From: Selaginella moellendorffii
Taxonomy: Eukaryota; Plantae; Lycopodiophyta
Assembly: GCF_000143415.4 (NCBI RefSeq)
Contig: NW_003314408.1
Coordinates: 241,860-305,859, forward strand
DNA length: 64,000 nt
Direction of reading: 5' to 3'
A program made the translations under genes and the position numbers. This document shows, piece after piece, positions 13,723 through 23,030 of this stretch (positions are counted from its first letter, which is position 1; every line of letters starts with the position of its first letter). The notes beneath the pieces are model-generated. The model did not search any database, was not told where the DNA came from, and worked only from the letters and a program-made list of their open reading frames with translations.

Positions 13723-15633
13723 ATGCTCACGCTTTGCTCATTTTCGCATCGTTTCCTGCCTAGTATTTCTTGTGTACTGAGCACAGGTTTTCATTGTATA
13801 GTCGTGTGGGAATTAACTTCCGAATGCCGCCTTTCCTTTTTTTTTCTCCGTTTTTTTTCTCTGGCTTCTGCTTCTGCTGCTGCTGCTGGTCTATCCTTGT
13901 ACCTATGCCGAAAATGAAAGGCGTACAAATATACACACGCAGTACTCTTGGGGAGGGTGTGTTCTTGTTGGTCTGCCTCGTACTGTCACTGAGAGCTATA
14001 CAAGATGATAGATCCACACACATATACCCTCCTTCACTCTCTTCTTCACTTCACACTACAGTTGACTTTAGAGGCCAGTTTTTCACTTTTATTTTTGCCA
14101 AAATGACAAATTCTTGTGCATTGGCTGGCTGCTGCTGCAAATGCCTCCTGGTTGTCCTGCACTAGAGCATTTAGTACAGTTGCACAGGGAAGTTGTGAGT
14201 TGTGTGGCATTACTTGGCTCTCTGGCTGTTCATTGTTACTATTTAGCAATTTTCTTGGGATTTTCCTTTCTTTTTTTTTTTCGGTTTTTTTGTTTATATA
14301 GGTGGCAAGTCATATGTCAGCATTTGTTTCTCAAAGACCTTACAGGAGGCAGCATAGAGATCTTAGTTACTAATCACTGCCAGGGGGAGGATCAAATTTC
14401 TTGTGATAGCTACAGTTTCCATCTCTTTCTTTCTCTCTTCCTTTCTTTCCTCTTCCTTCCCGACCGGAGCTCGACTTTCTCTTCCATTCCCTCATGCATC
14501 GATCGAGTGACTTCTTCTTCGTCTTGTTACTCTCTTCTTCCTCCTTTTTTGGTTTTCTTTTTTCCTCTATTCTCTTCCTTCCTGCTCAAATGCTCTTGGG
14601 CCGAGTCCTTGCTCCCCATGAATGAAGACTGATTGAGTTTGAAAAAATGTATGCATTGAATTGCCTCCTCCTGGCCACTCCTGCAGCTCGACAGCAGGGA
14701 GACCTCCCTCCTCATCGCAGATCTTTATCTTCCTTTCTCTTTTACCCGAGTTCCTTTGTTTTACTTCCACTCTCGGGCATTTGCAGATGCCCGAGAGGAA
14801 GAGAGTGTGAGAGAGTCAAAGCTGAGATCTCCTATCTCTTATTTTCCTGCTGGAGTGGAAGTATTAAATGAGAACAATGCTCGGAAGAGTCACCACGTTT
14901 CTTTCAAAGCATTCAAGGTGGCTGAAGTGCCATGCCATGCAAAGCCTTGACTTTTGAGGCACACATCCGGATTTCTTCTTTCTTTCACCATTTTTCTTTT
15001 CCACTGCTGCGACACTAGAGTCACTCTTCGCTCCTCCTCGCTGGTGTGGTGTGGTGAGAGGGGACCGGGCCTGATTATAAATAGAGCGTTAGAGAGTGTG
15101 GGACTTTATTGCCACGGTTTAAAATCTTTGTGGTGGTGATGGTGGTGGTGGCGAGAGAGGTGAGAGCCGGCCGATCGATCGATCATCGGTAGAAACAGTG
15201 GCGCAGCAGCAGGATGGATCGGATCAAACAAGCTTCGGCTTTGTAACCGCTGGAGGTTTCGGTTCTTCGCTGCTGCTGCTAGTATATATTCTTGTGCCAC
15301 TGTTGTTCTTGCCGGGTCGGGTTGGAGAGATCCGTTTGAGAGAGAGAGAGAGAGATCTGTGAGAATCTTGGCGTGGTTTTGTTTCTTCCCGGCATGCTAT
15401 CACTGCACTGCTACTGCAAGTATATCTTGCCTTTTCTCTCCTAACTGACGCTATAAATCGCTGCAGGCACCGCTTATCGATTGAGATCTTCGGACTGGAT
15501 CTCCAGATCGTCATTTTTACTATTCCTTTCTTTCTCGAGCTCTCGCGTGCTTTTGGTTTTCTCGTGAGCTAGCTCCACTCGGGACTCCACTAACGATTTG
15601 ATATTCGTCGTCGATCGTCCAGGGAAATACATG

Positions 15634-15729
15634 CGAGGTATGTGATATTGGGATGGCTCAATCAGATGGCGTTCGCTGCAATGCTCAGCCAGCGCTCTCA
15701 AATTGAGCCGCGCCAATATCACATCCTTG
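15634..15729 (+). ncRNA. MIR171: MIR171 precursor hairpin 2 (mature 3p TTGAGCCGCGCCAATATCACA at 15703-15723)
   Basis: The 5' arm 15641-15661 (TGTGATATTGGGATGGCTCAA) pairs with the 3' arm with 2 mismatches and 1 G:U. The antisense translation gives VILARLN, the peptide encoded by the miR171 site of HAM/SCL6 GRAS genes. Confidence 0.93.
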
Positions 15730-16700
15730 GAAAAAAAACTCTTCAAGATCGCTGCTGGTCTCCAGGTTCCTTGTTTTCTTTCTTTTTCAGTTTTTCTGTT
15801 TCTCCTTTGCTACTTGTCTTTGCTACTTCTTCTTGGTTGTTTGGAGGATAAAACTACGCGACGGTAAGGCATTTGGATCTACAAGTTCGTCGAAAAGTCC
15901 ATGCATTTAGATCTAGAACGCAACTGCGGCGATCGAATGCTTCCAGCTTTCGTCAAGCCTTTTTCCAGGACCCCAAGATCATCATATCATTTCTTTCGTT
16001 TCAGCTCCTCATGGTCGAGTTTGTAGACTCCAAACAAAGACGTTTGTCAATGATATTCCTTGCTTCTTTTTCGATGAATCCTTCCTTCTCTCACTCAGGT
16101 ATTACTCCAGATGGCTACTACCAGCTTACTTCCATCTAATCGGTCGGTCTTTACTCGTCTAGATAGACATTAATAAATAATGTGAGCCAAGTACCTCTAG
16201 AGCCTAGCTTTCAAGGAATAGCCTTTGAGCAATTTGGTTCTCTTACATTAAATAATCCATTTATGAGCACGTACTTTCGAACCAATCGTGGATATTCTTT
16301 TAGGGCTTATACAAAAGGTTTCCGGGCTTTTACGAATGTAGCGCCTGAGATTCCGGAATTGTCAAGTAGTACAAGGTCCACGCCTTAAGAGAACATACAT
16401 GATATTAAATTGTTCGGGAGGCCTCTTCATGCTTTCGTTTGCAGCATCCAGACTCCGCGAGAATGTTTACGTGACAAGTTCCAATCAGACAAAGCTTGAT
16501 AGCAACATCTGAGATGCCTGTGACGAGCACGAAATGAAAATCTAGAAACCAGATCAAAGAAAAAATCAACGCAAGTGGCTCTCCCAAGAACAGAGTGGAA
16601 ATCGTCACCTCTCTTTCTTATCGAAGTGCTGCATGGCAGCACACCTTAATTCCTGCGCTGCCGTCGCCCACAGTGGTGTTGAAAGTTTGTAGAAGAACAC

Positions 16701-16775
16701 CACGTGGAGATCCCACCGTAAAAGCTGTGGCCTCCTTGCGTCCTGGAGATTGGGAAGGGATGGGTTAATATAAAA
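16701..16775 (+). promoter_or_regulatory. Candidate core promoter of the GRAS gene (G-box and TATA box)
   Basis: CACGTG at 16701-16706 and TATAAAA at 16769-16775, about 80 nt before ATG 16851. Confidence 0.5.
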
Positions 16776-16850
16776 ACTTTGTACTCCAAGCTCCTAGGAA
16801 ACCAACAAACTTACCTGAAAAGTTTTGAGTGTCCCCCCTCCTCCCTTCAA

Positions 16851-18467
16851 ATGCTGCTCGATACCAGCTTTGATCGTCTAAATAGTAGCTTCTCCCCGAA
16901 TTGCTTTGGTTCTCCAGTCGAGGATGTCCCTATGGATACTTCTATCGCTGACATTCCTGTTTTGGTAGAGAGATGGAGCTTTGAGAGCCATTCACCTTCG
17001 TCCTTCGATGATAGCCGGAACTCCGAGGATACTGTCTCGCCCGACTACAGTGGTGAGTTCGTCCAGTCTTCAGCAGCTTGTGAGGACGACGATCTCAGAA
17101 GATTGATGAAGGCTATGCTCGATGACCATGAAAGGTCTTTCCCGGATCCCCAGCAGGTTGCCGTCAATCCAGTTTCTCCTCCACAGTATCAGCAGCAGCA
17201 AGAGATCGAGAGGAGTTTAGTCGACTTTAGGCACCACTCCCACGATGAAAGAGTGGACTTTGTCTACCCCGAACTTGGAGTGCAAGTGCATCCCTGGGAC
17301 GAAGGCATGGACAGCATCCGTCTTGTCCATCTGTTGCTGGGAGCAGCCGAAGCCATCGTCTGTGGTGAGGCTGATCTCGCCATAGCCATAATTGACCGCC
17401 TGAAAAGCTGCTGCTCCACTCAGTCAAGAACAACAATGCAAAGAATTGCGGCTTACTTTCGCGACGCTCTCAATTGCAGGCTCCACGGGCTGAAGTTCTT
17501 CAGCCGGACCGAGTCCCTGTTCGACACTGTCGGAGCCTTCCATGTCCTGCACGAGATCTGCCCCTACATCAAGTTTGGCCACTTCTCAGCAAACCAGGCC
17601 ATCCTCGAATCCGTGGCCGGAGAGCAAAGAGTCCACATTGTTGACTTTGATATAACGGACGGGGTCCAGTGGCCTTCGCTGATGCAATCGCTGGCTTTGA
17701 GAGCTGGAGGTCCTCCGCAACTCAAGATCACTGCTCTCTACCGGCCGAACGCCAAGGGGGCCCTCTCCACCACCCAGGAAACTGGGAAGAGGCTGGCCGC
17801 TTGTGCTCGACAATTCAACGTTCCCTTCGTTTTCAACCAAGTCCGAGTTGATGGAGAATCTGAGGAGTTCCGCAGCTCGTCCCTCAAGCTCATACAAGGA
17901 GAGGCACTCGTTGTCAACTGCATGCTCCATCTCCCACACATGTCATGTCACTCCCGGGATGCTGTCCGTTTCTTTCTCGGGAAGATGGCGGCCATCCGGC
18001 CAAGAGTCCTGGCGATAGTCGAGGAAGATCTCAGCTGCACGTCGACGACGTTCACGGGACGTTTCCACGAGGCCCTGTACCACTACTCCACCCTCTTCGA
18101 TTCCCTGGAAGCAACGCTGGCATCGGAGGATGAAATGCGTTCTCTGGTCGAGCGTGTCTTTTTGGGACCCCGGATTAAGAACACGGTCACTTCGGCCGTG
18201 AGTCAATCTCCTTTGGAAAAAGAAGCTGTGAGTCACGTAGACTTCTCCGGCAAGATGGTGAAGAACAGATGGTCGGGCCTTGCCGAAGCCGTCGGCTTCC
18301 AGCAGCGTTCTTTCAGCTCTTATAATCGTTGCCAGGCAAGGCTCCTCGTTGGACTGTTTCAAGACGGGCATCAAATTCAAGAAGACGAAGATACGATGTT
18401 ACTTTGCTGGAAATCCAGACCTTTAATTGCAGCTTCTGTCTGGAGTTCCAGCAGCGATCCAGCATGA
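16851..18467 (+). CDS. Intronless GRAS transcription factor, NSP2-like
   Basis: First ATG at 16851 (the ORF track starts at TTG 16779). LHRI motif IRLVHLLLGAAEA, MQRIAAYFRDAL, PYIKFGHFSANQAILESV, VHIVDFDITDGVQWPSLMQ, NCMLHLPH, RFHEALYHYSTLFDSLE, ERVFLGPRI and WKSRPLIAASVW. This combination is typical of the NSP2/SCL26 subfamily. Confidence 0.9.
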   Translation: MLLDTSFDRLNSSFSPNCFGSPVEDVPMDTSIADIPVLVERWSFESHSPSSFDDSRNSEDTVSPDYSGEFVQSSAACEDDDLRRLMKAMLDDHERSFPDPQQVAVNPVSPPQYQQQQEIERSLVDFRHHSHDERVDFVYPELGVQVHPWDEGMDSIRLVHLLLGAAEAIVCGEADLAIAIIDRLKSCCSTQSRTTMQRIAAYFRDALNCRLHGLKFFSRTESLFDTVGAFHVLHEICPYIKFGHFSANQAILESVAGEQRVHIVDFDITDGVQWPSLMQSLALRAGGPPQLKITALYRPNAKGALSTTQETGKRLAACARQFNVPFVFNQVRVDGESEEFRSSSLKLIQGEALVVNCMLHLPHMSCHSRDAVRFFLGKMAAIRPRVLAIVEEDLSCTSTTFTGRFHEALYHYSTLFDSLEATLASEDEMRSLVERVFLGPRIKNTVTSAVSQSPLEKEAVSHVDFSGKMVKNRWSGLAEAVGFQQRSFSSYNRCQARLLVGLFQDGHQIQEDEDTMLLCWKSRPLIAASVWSSSSDPA

Positions 18468-18794
18468 TTATTCAAAACTCGTTTTCCCTGTGTATAGAAA
18501 TAAGAGACACCTTGAGCAGAAACCAGCAGCTTTATCCGCATAAGCTTACGCTCTTATGCCGACTTTGTTCCAGACCAAGCTCTCGCTTGCTGTCTCACTC
18601 GGTTACAAAGAAAGCCTGCAATCCATATGAGAACGATGCTTCCTTTTAAAAGTTTGATTACCTCTAGCAGCTCGAGCTGAAAAGGATTTCCTGCATACAA
18701 AGCTTGAGTATCACCATAAGAAAGCGCAGCCCGTACAAGAATCGATCCTTTCTTATCTTTGCCTGTACATGTAACAGTCGACTCTAAAAAACAG

Positions 18795-19625
18795 TTACAT
18801 ATCATTTCCCGGACCGAGCTCCAGCATTTTAGCTTTGTCTCGCTCGGCCATCATCTCAAGGTATGTCTCCGGATCAAAATTATGAGGCTGGTCTGGTTTA
18901 TCCATCTCAATACCGATAAACGCGAATATAAAAAGCACGGTGTAGAGAAATAGATAAGTTGCCTGGAAGCGAAGGTCAGACCATACAGACAAGAAAGAAA
19001 ACAAAAACAAAAGAATAAAGATAAGGAGAAGATTACAGGCGCTCCGAATGCCATGCCGGTGAAGAGAATGGGCAGAAAACTCCATGATATCCATTCTAAC
19101 AAAACAAAAAATTACGATAGGAAAGAGGAAGAAAGAAAAGAAAAACCAAGAGCTCACTTTGGAGTCCTGACGTAGGACCTCCAGCTTTTTCAATCGTCTC
19201 AGCTACAATCTCCCAATATGGTCCTGCCAGCCTACACAAGGTTACTTTCAAGCAAGTAAGAAAAATTACATACTGTCGTCTTCGTTTCCATGCCACGAAT
19301 GAGCGCCATCGGCAATTCCCCAAGGAAAAGAATCCAGCTGCTCATTCATACGAAAATCTCACATCTTTCCCAGAAGAAAACGAGGAAAGTCCCATACCTC
19401 GTCGTCGCCCTTGGTCTTGGCCGGATCCCACACCTCATCCTCATCGATGTCGGGCTCGACGTAGAATCCGAGCTGCCCGTTGGGCGGCCGCAAGAGCAGC
19501 CTCGGCCGCGAAGAAGAAGAAGCTACGCGAATGCCAAACCCTAGGCCCTTGGCGCCGCCACATTCCTGGTGGACGGAGAGAGAAGCTCGCGGAGGAAGCG
19601 GTATGAGCGCCACAGCCATTGCCAT
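18795..19625 (-). CDS. PnsB5: Photosynthetic NDH subcomplex B subunit 5 (PnsB5/NDH18)-like, 5 exons
   Basis: Spliced translation gives a transit peptide, EPDIDED, WGIADGAHSWHG, GPTSGLQ.WISWSFLP...GMAFGAP and IEMDKPDQPHNFDP, matching recalled PnsB5 motifs. Confidence 0.85.
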
Positions 19626-19717
19626 TTAATCTGACACGTCAGCTAGGGCTTGTCGGAATCTCCATATTTTTAAATTTCCCGCTCAAACCTCTATCTAGGG
19701 TTTATGGTCTTTCCCGG
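19626..19717. promoter_or_regulatory. 92-bp bidirectional promoter between PnsB5 and the RFC1-like gene
   Basis: Divergent ATGs at 19625 and 19718. Telo-box TAGGGTTT at 19696-19703 and an ACGT element (GACACGTCA) at about 19633-19641. Confidence 0.6.
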
Positions 19718-21796
19718 ATGCAAGGCGCGGCTTTCTGGCGGCTGGATGGAGCACGGCGTGATGGCGCCGACGAGCGCAGGTCAGATTACACGAAGATTTC
19801 TCGATTTTTTGCGAAGTCACAGCAGCCGCTACCTCAGGTATGAAATTTCAGTCGGATGAATCGAGATTAACATCGTTCTTCTTCATTTAGTTGATGCTTC
19901 CAAGTTTTGAGGTGTGCTGTGCGAGGGAGGTAACTGTAAAGCAGCGTTTCTCCTTGGAGCCCAGGGTGTATCCTCCTCCAAAGAGGCAAAAGGCGGTTTT
20001 TCAAGCCGGGGAAAGCACGGAGAGATCCTTATGTGCTGAATCTAGCTTGTGGACACACAAGTATCGGCCGAGAACGAGAAGTGACATTGTGGGGAACCAA
20101 GTGCTTGTGAGTCTCGATTTTTTTTTCTAGCTTCTCTTATCTACAAGTTCTTTGTTGTCTGGTAGATCACGCGTTTGCATACTTGGTTACAAACATGGGA
20201 AGAAAACTTTGCTTCCAAGACGAGATCAGTAAAGAATGTTAAAAGAGCTGTTATAATCAGTGGGCCATCTGGTGTAGGAAAGACATCTGCTGCTGTTGCT
20301 GTTTGCGAGGAACTGGATTTTAGCCCTGTGATGGTATACTTGAACATCAAAAAATTTATGAGCTCTTAGCTAACTCCTTGTACTTGTAGGCTGTACATAG
20401 AAAGACCTGGAATATACGAGCTGACAATCAGTGTCTAACAACAAATCTTGGACTAAGTAAGAAGGTTGTCCTTATATTCGATGAGATAGACAACATCGAC
20501 GAGACAGCGATTCAGGCGGTGCTTAGCCTTTTACAACAGGGACGGCTTCCGATTATGTGCATCTGTAATGACATCTACGACAAGAGGCTTCGCAGGCTCA
20601 TGGAATATTGCTCAGTGCTGAAGTTCGAGAAACCCAGTAGAAGTGAGGTGCGTTTTCCTTTCTGTTTAGAAACTTATCTTTGCTTTTGTTGCAGATCTTA
20701 AAACTCCTCATTCAAGTCCAAGAAAAAGAGTGTTTACGTGTGGACAAGGTAGTTTCCTGTCGCTAATGTGTTCCTGATCTGAAAAGAAAACGGTGGTTAG
20801 TTATTTTTAAGCTCGCTTGTAGACAGCGCACATCGCGACGTTCGCCATGTTTTGATTCAAATGCAGGTACGAGCCTGTGTGTCAGATCGAGTTCTTACAT
20901 TGTTTTGCAGTATGCATGTGCAGGGTATTCTCTGAACTCAGAAGTGGATGTTAGAGATGCTTGCTTGGGCTCTTTTGGGACTATGGACAGGTCAGTTTTG
21001 AAAATTCTATCGGAAAGTTTACCGATCAGTGGATTTACAGTTTGTGTGCGGAAGCGGGTGAAGGAAGAGGAGCCAAAACTTCATACACAATAGAAGCTCG
21101 CCTGAACATGGTTCTTCAAGATGTCGGTTTTATATTCCTTCTTGTTCAGGTATGAGTATCATCAGGTGTGGCTAGTTCTGTCCTGGTTGTCCTGACGCAA
21201 CTGTGCAAACAGGAAAACTATCTTAATTACAAACCTTGCAGAGGAGCATCCATCCTGAATGCCTTCTCGAAAGCTTCAGATTACTTGTGCGATGGAGACG
21301 TGATGGACAAAAGCATTTGCCGTGGCAGACGGGAGCTGTCTGAGCTTTTCTCGATGATTTTGGTTCTTACCTGGTAAACTGCCGTGTTTCATAGAAGTTT
21401 TTATAATGACTGCTGCTTTACAGCTCATCCATTTTGCAAGGAACAAGACAATCCTTCGACACGACTGTAAGCGGTGCTTGTGCGGTTTTCCTCACGACGC
21501 TAACATGCCTCGTGATGCGCGTCACAGGCGGATCACAAACTAAGATTTCCAATGTGGTTGTCTAAGAGCTCTAAGAAAAGGAATTTATCCTTTAAGAGGT
21601 GAGCAGGATCTTGGTTGAATGATTTGTAACTTATCAACTGCTTAACAGATGTGATCTGGATACTCCTTCCTTCCTCAAGGGACAACTCAAAATAAGTGCT
21701 GACGATAATCCCAAGAATGTTCAGCATTTCAGCTCCAAAGCTCCCGATCCTACTCGAGCTTCAGAGGACCTGTTTGCAATACTGAGACATCGATAG
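19718..21796 (+). CDS. Short, divergent replication factor C large subunit (RFC1)-like AAA+ protein, about 12 exons
   Basis: LWTHKYRP...DIVGNQ, Walker A ISGPSGVGKTS, Walker B LIFDEID, PIMCICND, DVRHVLIQMQ, QENYLNYKP and FPMWLSKSS. Exon 1 (19718-19837) splices in frame to 19891. Stop TAG at 21794-21796. Confidence 0.8.
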
Positions 21797-23030
21797 AAAC
21801 TCAGTTGTTGCACTAAAAGGTTTGCGACTCTAAACTTCATATTTCCAATTCTTAGGAGCTCCTTTCGTGTGGTGCAGCTTCCTTGTTCCAAAGCCGCGAG
21901 TCCAAAAGTACCAAACGCTGATGCCCAGCACACGTCACGATGGAAAGCTCCTCACAAACCAGTCCATCATGTAAGTCTCAAAGCAGGGAAAAGTTGGACG
22001 AGTGGGGAGTGGAGGAGTGCAACTCGTCGGCTACCTCATATCGTCCATCGCCATCATAACATAAATCAAGAACATGCACCGGAAAGCATTACAGGTTGCG
22101 TGATTTTGCTCGGTAGTACATTCTGCCTCGTTCTTAAAACTCGGTACTAAACTGTGGCTCGAGTCCAGGTAGATAACTTGCGGACCCCAGCGCCCATCCA
22201 TCCAGATTCCAGCTTCGAGATCGTTGAAAACTCTATCAAAGTATATTATTATTGCTTGGAGAGTTGGGATCGATCTTTGCAAAACTAGAGAATTTGGGAT
22301 AGAAAAATCCTCTTCGCTCGGTCAACAACAACAAGAGAAATCAATATCAATCACTGTGTTACGTGATGTTTCCATCGTGATCCAGCACAGCTTCGGCTCA
22401 CGAGAAACATTTGGCTAGTGGTTAGCAAGACTGGAAAATGCAATGGTTCTGGCTAGCGAAGTTGAAGTGAAACGTGACAGCAAATCTAAAGGACGGGGCC
22501 ACCTTTTTGTACGTGCCCTGTTGTGCTCTCTCACGACGACTTTCTACGTTTTCTAAGGCTCCTTTATTCTTTTCGTTGGACACGGGAATCTTTGCCGAAT
22601 CTTTGGCAGCCGTTGGATATTGCAAATCTGGGGCGTTGGTATCCTCGTCAGCGGTCAAAGAGTTTAGCGTTTTAAACGTTTTCCTTAATTATCCATCGCG
22701 TCTTTAGTGCGTGGCGCCCGATTTTTCGTTTAGGTTATTTGGCTGCGAGCTCTTTTTCTTCCTTGCGTGCGCGGTCCTGGCGGGGCATCTGTCGATCAAT
22801 CGATGGATGATTGATCGATCGCTCTCGATCGCCAGGCGGCAAATGGAGGTAGTCTGACCTAAAAGATCGGCCGCCTTTCTTCCAGCTCCAGGGAAGCCGG
22901 TCCAATGCGAAAGGTGAGCGTGATTTCTAGGAAATTTCTTCGCTGATTCATCTTTTTCGTGCCATCGATCAGAGCTGAGGCAGCGCGGCCAGGTTCTTTT
23001 TTCTTTTCGATTCTCTCGCTGGGCTATCCG

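Noticed and set aside
13676-13890. Potential hairpin between CAG and CTG runs
   Set aside because: Low-complexity microsatellite complementarity, not a miRNA-like stem.
15474-15746. Minus-strand ORF containing VILARLN, suggesting a HAM GRAS fragment
   Set aside because: It is simply the antisense reading of mature miR171; no other GRAS motifs surround it.
11728-16297. P1BS-type GNATATNC motifs at 11728, 12224 and 16290 upstream of the NSP2-like gene
   Set aside because: Biologically tempting, but three hits in about 8 kb is what chance predicts for six fixed bases.
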